Shown: positions 10,301 to 24,700 of the stretch, piece by piece
Position numbering within the stretch: position 1 is the stretch's first letter
Layout of the letters: every line of letters begins with the position of its first letter
From: Balanoglossus misakiensis
Taxonomy: Eukaryota; Animalia; Hemichordata
Assembly: GCA_040954595.2 (NCBI GenBank)
Contig: CM082581.2
Coordinates: forward strand, 3,030,699-3,094,698
DNA: 64,000 bases
Direction: 5' to 3'
Position numbers and translations under genes: made by a program
The notes under the pieces: generated by a model
The model's input: the letters and a program-made list of their open reading frames with translations, nothing else
Databases searched by the model: none
What the model was told of the DNA's origin: nothing

Positions 10301-13300
10301 TGTCGCCTGTCTTAGGTCACCACTTCATAAGCGGTCTTACCCGTCATTGGCACAAACAGTCTCAGGAAGTAAGCTTTCAGCCTACCAATGTAGCTATTAT
10401 ATTTTCCACTTTTTGTAAGTGAAGCCTGACTGTCGCCTGTCTTAGGTCACCACTTCATAAGAGGTCTTACCCGTCATTGACACAAACAGTCTCAGGAAGT
10501 AAGCTTTCAGCCTACCAATGTAGCTATTATATTTTCCACTTTTTGTAAGTGAAGCCTGACTGTCGCCTGTCTTAGGTCACCACTTCATAAGCGGTCTTAC
10601 CCGTCATTGGCACAAACAGTCTCAGGAAGTAAGCTTTCAGCCTACCAATGTAGCTATTATATTTTCCCTTTTTGTAAGTGAAGCCTGACTGTCGCCTGTC
10701 TTAGGTCACCACTTCATAAGAGGTCTTACCCGTCATTGGCACAAACAGTCTCAGGGAGTAAGCTTTCAGCCTACCAATATAGCTATTATATTTTCCACTT
10801 TTTGGAAGTGAAGCCTGACTGTCGCCTGTCTTAGGTCACCACTTCATAAGCGGTCTTACCCGTCATTGGCACAAACAGTCTCAGGAAGTAAGCTTTCAGC
10901 CTACCAATGTAGCTATTATATTTTCCACTTTTTGTAAGTGAAGCCTGACTGTCGCCTGTCTTAGGTCACCACTTCATAAGAGGTCTTACCCGTCATTGAC
11001 ACAAACAGTCTCAGGAAGTAAGCTTTCAGCCTACCAATGTAGCTATTATATTTTCCACTTTTTGTAAGTGAAGCCTGACTGTCGCCTGTCTTAGGTCACC
11101 ACTTCATAAGCGGTCTTACCCGTCATTGGCACAAACAGTCTCAGGAAGTAAGCTTTCAGCCTACCAATGTAGCTATTATATTTTCCCTTTTTGTAAGTGA
11201 AGCCTGACTGTCGCCTGTCTTAGGTCACCACTTCATAAGAGGTCTTACCCGTCATTGGCACAAACAGTCTCAGGGAGTAAGCTTTCAGCCTACCAATGTA
11301 GCTATTATATTTTCCACTTTTTGTAAGTGAAGCCTGACTGTCGCCTGTCTTAGGTCACCACTTCATAAGCGGTCTTACCCGTCATTGGCACAAACAGTCT
11401 CAGGAAGTAAGCTTTCAGCCTACCATTGTAGCTATTATATTTTCCACTTTTTGTAAGTGAAGCCTGACTGTCGCCTGTCTTAGGTCACCACTTCATAAGC
11501 GGTCTTACCCGTCATTGGCACAAACAGTCTCAGGAAGTAAGCTTTCAGCCTACCAATGTAGCTATTATATTTTCCACTTTTTGTAAGTGAAGCCTGACTG
11601 TCGCCTGTCTTAGTTCACCACTTCATAAGCGGTCTTACCCGTCATTGGCACAAACAGTCTCAGGAAGTAAGCTTTCAGCCTACCAATATAGCTATTATAT
11701 TTTCCACTTGTTGGAAGTGAAGCCTGACTGTCGCTTGTCTTAGGTCACCACTTCATAAGCTGTCTTACCCGTCATTGGCACAAATAGTCTCAGGAAGTAA
11801 GCTTTCAGCCTACCAATGTAGCTATTATATTTTCCACTTTTTGTAAGTGAAGCCTGACTGTCGCCTGTCTTAGGTCACCACTTCATAAGCGGTCTTACCC
11901 GTCATTGGCACAAACAGTCTCAGGAAGTAAGCTTTCAGCCTACCAATGTAGCTATTATATTTTCCACTTTTTGTAAGTGAAGCCTGACTGTCGCCTGTCT
12001 TAGGTCACCACTTCATAAGCGGTCTTACCCGTCATTGGCACAAACAGTCCCAGGAAGTAAGCTTTCAGCCTACCAATGTAGCTATTATATTTTCCACTTT
12101 CTGTAAGTGAAGCCTGACTGTCGCCTGTCTTAGGTCACCACTTCATAAGCGGTCTTACCCGTCATTGGCACAAACAGTCTCAGGAAGTAAGCTTTCAGCC
12201 TACCAATGTAGATATTATATTTTACACTTTTTGTAAGTGAAGCCTGACTGTCGCCTGTCTTAGGTCACCACTTCATAAGAGGTCTTACCCGTCATTTGCC
12301 ACAAACAGTCTCAGGAAGTAAGCTTTCAGCCTACCAATGTAGCTATTATATTTTCCACTTTTTGTAAGTGAAGCCTGACTGTCGCCTGTCTTAGGTCACC
12401 ACTTCATAAGCGGTCTTACCCGTCATTGGCACAAACAGACTCAGGAAGTAAGCTTTCAGCCTACCAATGTAGCTATTATATTTTCCACTTTTTGTAAGTG
12501 AAGCCTGACTGTCGCCTGTCTTAGGTCACCACTTCATAAGAGGTCTTAAACCGTCATTGGCACAAACAGTCTCAGGAAGTAAGCTTTCAGCCTACCAATG
12601 TAGCTATTATATTTTCCACTTTTTGTAAGTGAAGCCTGACTGTCGCCTGTCTTAGGTCACCACTTCATAAGCGGTCTTACCCGTCATTGGCACAAACAGT
12701 CTCAGGAAGTAAGCTTTCAGCCTACCAATGTAGCTATTATATTTTCCACTTTTTGTAAGTGAAGCCTGACTGTCGCCTGTCTTAGGTCACCACTTCATAA
12801 GCGGTCTTACCCTTCATTGGCACAAACAGTCTCAGGAAGTAAGCTTTCAGCCTACCAATATAGCTATTATATTTTCCACTTTTTGTAAGTGAAGCCTGAC
12901 TGTCGCCTGTCTTAGGTCACCACTTCATAAGCGGTCTTACCCGTCATTGGCACAAACAGTCTCAGGAAGTAAGCTTTCAGCCTATCAATGTAGCTATTAT
13001 ATTTCCCACTTTTTGTAAGTGAAGCCTGACTGTCGCCTGTCTTAGGTCACCACTTCATAAGAGGTCTAACCCTTCATTGGCACAAACAGTCTCAGGAAGT
13101 AAGCTTTCAGCCTACCAATGTAGCTATTATATTTTCCACTTTTTGTAAGTGAAGCCTGACAGTCGCCTGTCTTAGGTCACCACTTTATAAGCGGTCTTAC
13201 CCGTCATTGGCACAAACAGTCTCAGGAAGTAAGCTTTCAGCCTACCAATATAGCTATTATATTTTCCACTTTTTGGAAGTGAAGCCTGACTGTCGCCTGT

Positions 13301-16300
13301 CTTAGGTCACCACTTCATAAGCGGTCTTACCCGTCATTGGCACAAACAGTCTCAGTAAGTAAGCTTTCAGCCTACCAATGTAGCTATTATATTTTACACC
13401 TTTTGTAAGTGAAGCCTGACTGTCGCCTGTCTTAGGTCACCACTTCATAAGCGGTCTTACCCGTCATTGGCACAAACAGACTCAGGAAGTAAGCTTTCAG
13501 CCTACCAATGTAGCTATTATATTTTCCACTTTTTGTAAGTGAAGCCTGACAGTCGCCTGTCTTAGGTCACCACTTCATAAGAGGTCTTAAACTGTCATTG
13601 GCACAAACAGTCTCAGGAAGTAAGCTTTCAGCCTACCAATGTAGCTATTATATTTTCCACTTTTTGTAAGTGAAGCCTGACTGTCGCCTGTCTTAGGTCA
13701 CCACTTCATAAGCGGTCTTACCCGTCATTGGCACAAACAGTCTCAGGAAGTAAGCTTTCAGCCTACCAATGTAGCTATTATATTTTCCACTTTTTGTAAG
13801 TGAAGCCTGACTGTCGCCTGTCTTAGGTCACCACTTCATAAGCGGTCTTACCCTTCATTGGCACAAACAGTCTCAGGAAGTAAGCTTTCAGCCTACCAAT
13901 ATAGCTATTATATTTTCCACTTTTTGTAAGTGAAGCCTGACTGTCGCCTGTCTTAGGTCACCACTTCATAAGCGGTCTTACCCGTCATTGGCACAAACAG
14001 TCTCAGGAAGTAAGCTTTCAGCCTATCAATGTAGCTATTATATTTCCCACTTTTTGTAAGTGAAGCCTGACTGTCGCCTGTCTTAGGTCACCACTTCATA
14101 AGAGGTCTTACCCTTCATTGGCACAAACAGTCTCAGGAAGTAAGCTTTCAGCCTACCAATGTAGCTATTATATTTTCCACTTTTTGTAAGTGAAGCCTGA
14201 CAGTCGCCTGTCTTAGGTCACCACTTCATAAGCGGTCTTACCCGTCATTGGCACAAACAGTCTCAGGAAGTAAGCTTTAAGCCTACCAATATAGCTATTA
14301 TATTTTCCACTTTTTGGAAGTGAAGCCTGACTGTCGCCTGTCTTAGGTCACCACTTCATAAGCGGTCTTACCCGTCATTGGCACAAACAGTCTCAGGAAG
14401 TAAGCTTTCAGCCTACCAATGTAGCTATTATATTTTACACTTTTTGTAAGTGAAGCCTGACTGTCGCCTGTCTTAGGTCACCACTTCATAAGCGGTCTTA
14501 ACCGTCATTGGCACAAACAGTCTCAGGAAGTAATATTTCAGCCTACCAATGTACCTATTATATTTTCCACTTTTTGTAAGTGAAGCCTGACTGTCGCCTG
14601 TCTTAGGTCACCACTTCATAAGCGGTCTTACCCGTCATTGGCACAAACAGTCTCAGGAAGTAAGCTTTCAGCCTACCAATATAGCTATTATATTTTCCAC
14701 TTTTTGTAAGTGAAGCCTGACTATCGCCTGTCTTAGGTCACCACTTCATAAGAGGTCTTACCCGTCATTGGCACAAACAGTCTCAGGAAGTAAGCTTTCA
14801 GCCTACCAATGTAGCTATTATATTTTCCACTTTTTGTAAGTGAAGCCTGACTGTCGCCTGTCTTAGGTCACCACTTCATAAGCGGTCTTACCCGTCATTG
14901 GCACAAACAGTCTCAGGAAGTAAGCTTTCAGCCTACCATTGTAGCTATTATATTTTCCACTTTTTGTAAGTGAAGCCTGACTGTCGCCTGTCTTAGGTCA
15001 CCACTTCATAAGCGGTCTTACCCGTCATTGGCACAAACAGTCTCAGGAAGTAAGCTTTCAGCCTACCAATGTAGCTATTATATTTTCCACTTTTTGTAAG
15101 TGAAGCCTGACTGTCGCCTGTCTTAGGTCACCACTTCATAAGCGGTCTTACCCGTCATTGGCACACACAGTCTCAGGAAGTAAGCTTTCAGCCTACCAAT
15201 GTTGCTATTATATTTTCCACTTTTTGTAAGTGAAGCCTGACTGTCGCCTGTCTTAGGTCACCACTTCATAAGCGGTCTTACCCGTCATTGGCACAAACAG
15301 TCTCAGGAAGTAAGCTTTCAGCCTATCAATGTAGCTATTATATTTCCCACTTTTTGTAAGTGAAGCCTGACTGTCGCCTGTCTTAGGTCACCACTTCATA
15401 AGAGGTCTTACCCTTCATTGGCACAAACAGTCTCAGGAAGTAAGCTTTCAGCCTACCAATGTAGCTATTATATTTTCCACTTTTTGTAAGTGAAGCCTGA
15501 TAGTCGCCTGTCTTAGGTCACCACTTCATAAGCGGTCTTACCCGTCATTGGCACAAACAGTCTCAGGAAGTAAGCTTTAAGCCTACCAATATAGCTATTA
15601 TATTTTCCACTTTTTGGAAGTGAAGCCTGACTGTCGCCTGTCTTAGGTCACCACTTCATAAGCGGTCTTACCCGTCATTGGCACAAACAGTCTCAGGAAG
15701 TAAGCTTTCAGCCTACCAATGTAGCTATTATATTTTACACTTTTTGTAAGTGAAGCCTGACTGTCGCCTGTCTTAGGTCACCACTTCATAAGCGGTCTTA
15801 ACCGTCATTGGCACAAACAGTCTCAGGAAGTAAGCTTTCAGCCTACCAATGTACCTATTATATTTTCCACTTTTTGTAAGTGAAGCCTGACTGTCGCCTG
15901 TCTTAGGTCAGCACTTCATAAGAGGTCTTACCCGTCATTGGCACAAACAGTCTCAGGAAGTAAGCTTTCAGCCTACCAATATAGCTATTATATTTTCCAC
16001 TTTTTGTAAGTGAAGCCTGACTATCGCCTGTCTTAGGTCACCACTTCATAAGAGGTCTTACCCGTCATTGGCACAAACAGTCTCAGGAAGTAAGCTTTCA
16101 GCCTACCAATGTAGCGATTATATTTTCCACTTTTTGTAAGTGAAGCCTGACTGTCGCCTGTCTTAGGTCACCACTTCATAAGCGGTCTTACCCGTCATTG
16201 GCACAAACAGTCTCAGGAAGTAAGCTTTCAGCCTACCATTGTAGCTATTATATTTTCCACTTTTTGTAAGTGAAGCCTGACTGTCGCCTGTCTTAGGTCA

Positions 16301-18145
16301 CCACTTCATAAGCGGTCTTACCCGTCATTGGCACAAACAGTCTCAGGAAGTAAGCTTTCAGCCTACCAATGTAGCTATTATATTTTCCACTTTTTGTAAG
16401 TGAAGCCTGACTGTCGCCTGTCTTAGGTCACCACTTCATAAGCGGTCTTACCCGTCATTGGCACAAACAGTCTCAGGAAGTAAGCTTTCAGCCTACCAAT
16501 GTAGCTATTATATTTTCCACTTTTTGTAAGTGAAGCCTGACTGTCGCCTGTCTTAGGTCACCACTTCATAAGCGGTCTTACCCGTCATTGGCACAAACAG
16601 TCTCAGGAAGTAAGCTTTCAGCCTACCAATGTAGCTATTACATTTTTCCACTTTTTGTAAGTGAAGCCTGACAGTCGCCTGTCTTAGGTCACCACTTCAT
16701 AAGAGGTCTTACCCGTCATTGGCACAAACAGTCTCAGGAAGTAAGCTTAAAGCCTACCAATGTAGCTATTATATTTTCCACTTTTTGTAAGTGAAGCCTG
16801 ACTATCGCCTGTCTTAGGTCACCACTTCATAAGAGGTCTTACCCGTCATTGGCACAAACAGTCTCAGGAAGTAAGCTTTCAGCCTACCAATGTAGCTATT
16901 ATATTTTCCACTTTTTGTAAGTGAAGCCTGACTGTCGCCTGTCTTAGGTCACCACTTCATAAGCGGTCTTACCCGTCATTGGCACAAACAGTCTCAGAAG
17001 TAAGCTTTCAGCCTACCAATGTAGCTATTATATTTTCCCTTTTTGTAAGTGAAGCCTGACTGTCGCCTGTCTTAGGTCACCACTTCATAAGAGGTCTTAC
17101 CCGTCATTGGCACAAACAGTCTCAGGCAGTAAGCTTTCAGCCTACCAATGTAGCTATTATATTTTCCACTTTTTGTAAGTGAAGCCTGACTGTCGCCTGT
17201 CTTAGGTCACCACTTCATAAGCGGTCTTAACTGTCATTGGCACAAACAGTCTCAGGAAGTAAGCTTTCAGCCTACCAATGTAGCTATTATATTTTCCACT
17301 TTTTGTAAGTGAAGCCTGACTGTCGCCTGTCTTAGGTCACCACTTCATAAGCGGTCTTACCCGTCATTGGCACAAACAGTCTCAGGAAGTAAGCTTTCAG
17401 CCTACCAATGCAGCTATTATATTTTCCACTTTTTGTAAGTGAAGCCTGACTGTCGCCTGTCTTAGGTCACCACTTCATAAGCGATCTTACCCGGCATTGG
17501 CACAAACAATCTCAGGAAGTAAGCTTGCAGCCTACCAATGTAGCTATTATATTTTCCACTTTTTGTAAGTGAAGCCTGACTGTCGCCTGTCTTAGGTCAC
17601 CACTTCATAAGCGGTCTTACCCGTCATTGGCACAAACAGTCTCAGGAAGTAAGCTTTCAGCCTACCAATGTAGCTATTATATTTTCCACTTTTTGTAAGT
17701 GAAGCCTGACTGTCGCCTGTCTTAGGTCACCACTTCATAAGCGGTCTTACCCGTCATTGGCACAAACAGTCTCAGGAAGTAAGCTTTCAGCCTACCAATG
17801 TAGCTATTATATTTTCCCTTTTTGTAAGTGAAGCCTGACTGTCGCCTGTCTTAGGTCACCACTTCATAAGAGGTCTTACCCGTCATTGGCACAAACAGTC
17901 TCAGGAAGTAAGCTTTCAGCCTACCAATGTAGCTATTATATTTTCCACTTTTTGTAAGTGAAGCCTGACTGTCGCCTGTCTTAGGTCACCACTTCATAAG
18001 CGGTCTTACCCGTCATTGGCACAAACAGTCTCAGGAAGTAAGCTTTCAGCCTACCAATGTAGCTATTATATTTTCCACTTTTTGTAAGTGAAGCCTGACT
18101 GTCGCCTGTCTTAGGTCACCACTTCATAAGCGGTCTTACCCGTCA

Positions 18146-21100
18146 TTGGCACAAACAGTCTCAGGAAGTAAGCTTTCAGCCTACCAATGTAGCTATTATA
18201 TTTTCCCTTTTTGTAAGAGAAGCCTGACTGTCGCCTGTCTTAGGTCACCACTTCATAAGAGGTCTTACCCGTCATTGGCACAAACAGTCTCAGGAAGTAA
18301 GCTTTCAGCCTACCAATGTAGCTATTATATTTTCCACTTTTTGTAAGTGAAGCCTGACTGTCGCCTGTCTTAGGTCACCACTTCATAAGCGGTCTTAACT
18401 GTCATTGGCACAAACAGTCTCAGGAAGTAAGCTTTCAGCCTACCAATGTAGCTATTATATTTTCCACTTTTTGTAAGTGAAGCCTGACTGTCGCCTGTCT
18501 TAGGTCACCACTTCATAAGCGGTCTTACCCGTCATTGGCACAAACAGTCTCAGGAAGTAAGCTTTCAGCCTACCAATGCAGCTATTATATTTTCCACTTT
18601 TTGTAAGTGAAGCCTGACTGTCGCCTGTCTTAGGTCACCACTTCATAAGCGATCTTACCCGTCATTGGCACAAACAGTCTCAGGAAGTAAGCTTGCAGCC
18701 TACCAATGTAGCTATTATATTTTCCACTTTTTGTAAGTGAAGCCTGACAGTCGCTTGTCTTAGGTCACCACTTCATAAGCGGTCTTACCCGTCATTGGCA
18801 CAAACAGTCTCAGGAAGTAAGTTTCAGCCTACCAATATAGCTATTATGTTTTCCACTTTTTGGAAGTGAAGCCTGACTTTCGCCTGTCTTAGCTCACCAC
18901 TTCATAAGCGGTCTTACCCGTCATTGGCACAAACAGTCTCAGGAAGTAAGCTTTCAGCCTACCATTGTAGCTATTATATTTTCCACTTTTTGTAAGTTAA
19001 GCCTGACTGTCGCCTGTCTTAGGTCACCACTTCATAAGAGGTCTTACCCGTCATTGGCACAAACAGTCTCAGGAAGTAAGCTTTCAGCCTATCAATGTAG
19101 CTATTATATTTCCCACTTTTTGTAAGTGAAGCCTGACTGTCGCCTGTCTTAGGTCACCACTTCATAAGAGGTCTTACCCGTCATTGGCACAAACAGTCTC
19201 AGGAAGTAAGCTTTCAGCCTACCAATGTAGCTATTATATTTTCCCTTTTTGTAAGTGAAGCCTGACTGTCGCCTGTCTTAGGTCACCACTTCATAAGAGG
19301 TCTTACCCGTCATTGGCACAAACAGTCTCAGGAAGTAAGCTTTCAGCCTATCAATGTAGCTATTATATTTCCCACTTTTTGTAAGTGAAGCCTGACTGTC
19401 GCCTGTCTTAGGTCACCACTTCATAAGAGGTCTTACCCGTCATTGGCACAAACAGTCTCAGGAAGTAAGCTTTCAGCCTACCAATATAGCTATTATGTTT
19501 TCCACTTTTTGGAAGTGAAGCCTGACTTTCGCCTGTCTTAGCTCACCGCTTCATAAGCGGTCTTACCCGTCATTGGCACAAACAGTCTCAGGAAGTAAGC
19601 TTTCAGCCTACCATTGTAGCTATTATATTTTCCACTTTTTGTAAGTGAAGCCTGACTGTCGCCTGTCTTAGGTCACCACTTCATAAGAGGTCTTACCCGT
19701 CATTGGCACAAACAGTCTCAGGAAGTAAGCTTTCAGCCTACCAATGTAGCTATTATATTTTCCACTTTTTGTAAGTGAAGCCTGACTGTCGCCTGTCTTA
19801 GGTCACCACTTCATAAGCGGTCTTACCCGTCATTGGCACAAACAGTCTCAGGAAGTAAGCTTTCAGCCTACCAATGTAGCTATTATATTTTCCACTTTTT
19901 GTAAGTGAAGCCTGACTGTCGCTTGTTTTAGGTCACCACTTCATAAGCGGTCTTACCCGTCATTGGCACAAACAGTCTCAGGAAGTAAGCTTTCAGCCTA
20001 CCATTGTAGCTATTATATTTTCCACTTTTTGTAAGTGAAGCCTGACTGTCGCCTGTCTTAGGTCACCACTTCATAAGCGGTCTTACCCGTCATTGGCACA
20101 AACAGTCTCAGGAAGTAAGCTTTCAGCCTACCAATGTAGCTATTATATTTTCCACTTTTTGTAAGTGAAGCCTGACTGTCGCCTGTCTTAGGTCACCACT
20201 TCATAAGCGGTCTTACCCGTCATTGGCACAAACAGTCTCAGGAAGTAAGCTTTCAGCCTACCAATGTAGCTATTATATTTTCCCTTTTTGTAAGAGAAGC
20301 CTGACTGTCGCCTGTCTTAGGTCACCACTTCATAAGAGGTCTTACCCGTCATTGGCACAAACAGTCTCAGGAAGTAAGCTTTCAGCCTACCAATGTAGCT
20401 ATTATATTTTCCACTTTTTGTAAGTGAAGCCTGACTGTCGCCTGTCTTAGGTCACCACTTCATAAGCGGTCTTAACTGTCATTGGCACAAACAGTCTCAG
20501 GAAGTAAGCTTTCAGCCTACCAATGTAGCTATTATATTTTCCACTTTTTGTAAGTGAAGCCTGACTGTCGCCTGTCTTAGGTCACCACTTCATAAGCGGT
20601 CTTACCCGTCATTGGCACAAACAGTCTCAGGAAGTAAGCTTTCAGCCTACCAATGTAGCTATTATATTTTCCCTTTTTGTAAGAGAAGCCTGACTGTCGC
20701 CTGTCTTAGGTCACCACTTCATAAGAGGTCTTACCCGTCATTGGCACAAACAGTCTCAGGAAGTAAGCTTTCAGCCTACCAATGTAGCTATTATATTTTC
20801 CACTTTTTGTAAGTTAAGCCTGACTGTCGCCTGTCTTAGGTCACCACTTCATAAGCGGTCTTAACTGTCATTGGCACAAACAGTCTCAGGAAGTAAGCTT
20901 TCAGCCTACCAATGTAGCTATTATATTTTCCACTTTTTGTAAGTGAAGCCTGACTGTCGCCTGTCTTAGGTCACCACTTCATAAGCGGTCTTACCCGTCA
21001 TTGGCACAAACAGTCTCAGGAAGTAAGCTTTCAGCCTACCAATGCAGCTATTATATTTTCCACTTTTTGTAAGTGAAGCCTGACTGTCGCCTGTCTTAGG

Positions 21101-24100
21101 TCACCACTTCATAAGCGATCTTACCCGTCATTGGCACAAACAGTCTCAGGAAGTAAGCTTGCAGCCTACCAATGTAGCTATTATATTTTCCACTTTTTGT
21201 AAGTGAAGCCTGACAGTCGCTTGTCTTAGGTCACCACTTCATAAGCGGTCTTACCCGTCATTGGCACAAACAGTCTCAGGAAGTAAGTTTCAGCCTACCA
21301 ATATAGCTATTATGTTTTCCACTTTTTGGAAGTGAAGCCTGACTTTCGCCTGTCTTAGCTCACCACTTCATAAGCGGTCTTACCCGTCATTGGCACAAAC
21401 AGTCTCAGGAAGTAAGCTTTCAGCCTACCATTGTAGCTATTATATTTTCCACTTTTTGTAAGTTAAGCCTGACTGTCGCCTGTCTTAGGTCACCACTTCA
21501 TAAGAGGTCTTACCCGTCATTGGCACAAACAGTCTCAGGAAGTAAGCTTTCAGCCTATCAATGTAGCTATTATATTTCCCACTTTTTGTAAGTGAAGCCT
21601 GACTGTCGCCTGTCTTAGGTCACCACTTCATAAGAGGTCTTACCCGTCATTGGCACAAACAGTCTCAGGAAGTAAGCTTTCAGCCTACCAATGTAGCTAT
21701 TATATTTTCCCTTTTTGTAAGTGAAGCCTGACTGTCGCCTGTCTTAGGTCACCACTTCATAAGAGGTCTTACCCGTCATTGGCACAAACAGTCTCAGGAA
21801 GTAAGCTTTCAGCCTATCAATGTAGCTATTATATTTCCCACTTTTTGTAAGTGAAGCCTGACTGTCGCCTGTCTTAGGTCACCACTTCATAAGAGGTCTT
21901 ACCCGTCATTGGCACAAACAGTCTCAGGAAGTAAGCTTTCAGCCTACCAATATAGCTATTATGTTTTCCACTTTTTGGAAGTGAAGCCTGACTTTCGCCT
22001 GTCTTTGCTCACCGCTTCATAAGCGGTCTTACCCGTCATTGGCACAAACAGTCTCAGGAAGTAAGCTTTCAGCCTACCATTGTAGCTATTATATTTTCCA
22101 CTTTTTGTAAGTGAAGCCTGACTGTCGCCTGTCTTAGGTCACCACTTCATAAGAGGTCTTACCCGTCATTGGCACAAACAGTCTCAGGAAGTAAGCTTTC
22201 AGCCTATCAATGTAGCTATTATATTTTCCACTTTTTGTAAGTGAAGCCTGACTGTCGCCTGTCTTAGGTCACCACTTCATAAGAGGTCTTACCCGTCATT
22301 GGCACAAACAGTCTCAGGAAGTAAGCTTTCAGCCTACCAATGTAGCTATTATATTTTCCCTTTTTGTAAGTGAAGCCTGACTGTCGCCTGTCTTAGGTCA
22401 CCACTTCATAAGCGGTCTTAACCGTCATTGGCACAAACAGTCTCAGGAAGTAAGCTTTCAGCCTACCAATGTAGCTATTATATTTTACACTTTTTGTAAG
22501 TGAAGCCTGACTGTCGCCTGTCTTAGGTCACCACTTCATAAGAGGTCTTACCCGTCGTTTGCCACAAACAGTCTCAGGAAGTAAGCTTTCAGCCTACCAA
22601 TGTAGCTATTATATTTTCCACTTTTTGTAAGTGAAGCCTGACTGTCGCCTGTCTTAGGTCACCACTTCATAAGCGGTCTTACCCGTCATTGGCACAAACA
22701 GTCTCAGGAAGTAAGCTTTCAGCCTACCAATGTAGCTATTATATTTTCCCTTTTTGTAAGAGAAGCCTGACTGTCGCCTGTCTTAGGTCACCACTTCATA
22801 AGAGGTCTTACCCGTCATTGGCACAAACAGTCTCAGGAAGTAAGCTTTCAGCCTACCAATGTAGCTATTATATTTTCCACTTTTTGTAAGTGAAGCCTGA
22901 CTGTCGCCTGTCTTAGGTCACCACTTCATAAGCGGTCTTAACTGTCATTGGCACAAACAGTCTCAGGAAGTAAGCTTTCAGCCTACCAATGTAGCTATTA
23001 TATTTTCCACTTTTTGTAAGTGAAGCCTGACTGTCGCCTGTCTTAGGTCACCACTTCATAAGCGGTCTTACCCGTCATTGGCACAAACAGTCTCAGGAAG
23101 TAAGCTTTCAGCCTACCAATGCAGCTATTATATTTTCCACTTTTTGTAAGTGAAGCCTGACTGTCGCCTGTCTTAGGTCACCACTTCATAAGCGATCTTA
23201 CCCGTCATTGGCACAAACAGTCTCAGGAAGTAAGCTTGCAGCCTACCAATGTAGCTATTATATTTTCCACTTTTGTAAGTGAAGCCTGACAGTCGCTTGT
23301 CTTAGGTCACCACTTCATAAGCGGTCTTACCCGTCATTGGCACAAACAGTCTCAGGAAGTAAGTTTCAGCCTACCAATATAGCTATTATGTTTTCCACTT
23401 TTTGGAAGTGAAGCCTGACTTTCGCCTGTCTTAGCTCACCACTTCATAAGCGGTCTTACCCGTCATTGGCACAAACAGTCTCAGGAAGTAAGCTTTCAGC
23501 CTACCATTGTAGCTATTATATTTTCCACTTTTTGTAAGTTAAGCCTGACTGTCGCCTGTCTTAGGTCACCACTTCATAAGAGGTCTTACCCGTCATTGGC
23601 ACAAACAGTCTCAGGAAGTAAGCTTTCAGCCTATCAATGTAGCTATTATATTTCCCACTTTTTGTAAGTGAAGCCTGACTGTCGCCTGTCTTAGGTCACC
23701 ACTTCATAAGAGGTCTTACCCGTCATTGGCACAAACAGTCTCAGGAAGTAAGCTTTCAGCCTACCAATGTAGCTATTATATTTTCCCTTTTTGTAAGTGA
23801 AGCCTGACTGTCGCCTGTCTTAGGTCACCACTTCATAAGAGGTCTTACCCGTCATTGGCACAAACAGTCTCAGGAAGTAAGCTTTCAGCCTATCAATGTA
23901 GCTATTATATTTCCCACTTTTTGTAAGTGAAGCCTGACTGTCGCCTGTCTTAGGTCACCACTTCATAAGAGGTCTTACCCGTCATTGGCACAAACAGTCT
24001 CAGGAAGTAAGCTTTCAGCCTACCAATATAGCTATTATGTTTTCCACTTTTTGGAAGTGAAGCCTGACTTTCGCCTGTCTTAGCTCACCGCTTCATAAGC

Positions 24101-24700
24101 GGTCTTACCCGTCATTGGCACAAACAGTCTCAGGAAGTAAGCTTTCAGCCTACCATTGTAGCTATTATATTTTCCACTTTTTGTAAGTGAAGCCTGACTG
24201 TCACCTGTCTTAGGTCACCACTTCATAAGAGGTCTTACCCGTCATTGGCACAAACAGTCTCAGGAAGTAAGCTTTCAGCCTATCAATGTAGCTATTATAT
24301 TTTCCACTTTTTGTAAGTGAAGCCTGACTGTCGCCTGTCTTAGGTCACCACTTCATAAGAGGTCTTACCCGTCATTGGCACAAACAGTCTCAGGAAGTAA
24401 GCTTTCAGCCTACCAATGTAGCTATTATATTTTCCCTTTTTGTAAGTGAAGCCTGACTGTCGCCTGTCTTAGGTCACCACTTCATAAGCGGTCTTAACCG
24501 TCATTGGCACAAACAGTCTCAGGAAGTAAGCTTTCAGCCTACCAATGTAGCTATTATATTTTACACTTTTTGTAAGTGAAGCCTGACTGTCGCCTGTCTT
24601 AGGTCACCACTTCATAAGAGGTCTTACCCGTCATTTGCCACAAACAGTCTCAGGAAGTAAGCTTTCAGCCTACCAATGTAGCTATTATATTTTCCCTTTT
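18146..24700. repeat. Local higher-order repeat, about 16-monomer (2077-bp) unit, roughly 3 copies plus a 3-mer duplication
   Basis: The identical variant-dependent ORF starts at 18146, 20223, 20612 and 22689 (offsets 2077, 389, 2077). A linked C-deletion GTAAGTTTCAG occurs near 18821, 21287 and 23364. Boundaries are approximate. Confidence 0.8.

Noticed and set aside
18146-22889. Four identical 66-aa ORFs (18146, 20223, 20612, 22689)
   Set aside because: They are translated satellite with a TTG start, opened only by a 1-bp deletion plus a T>A change that removes the stops. There is no gene context. They are useful only as duplication markers.
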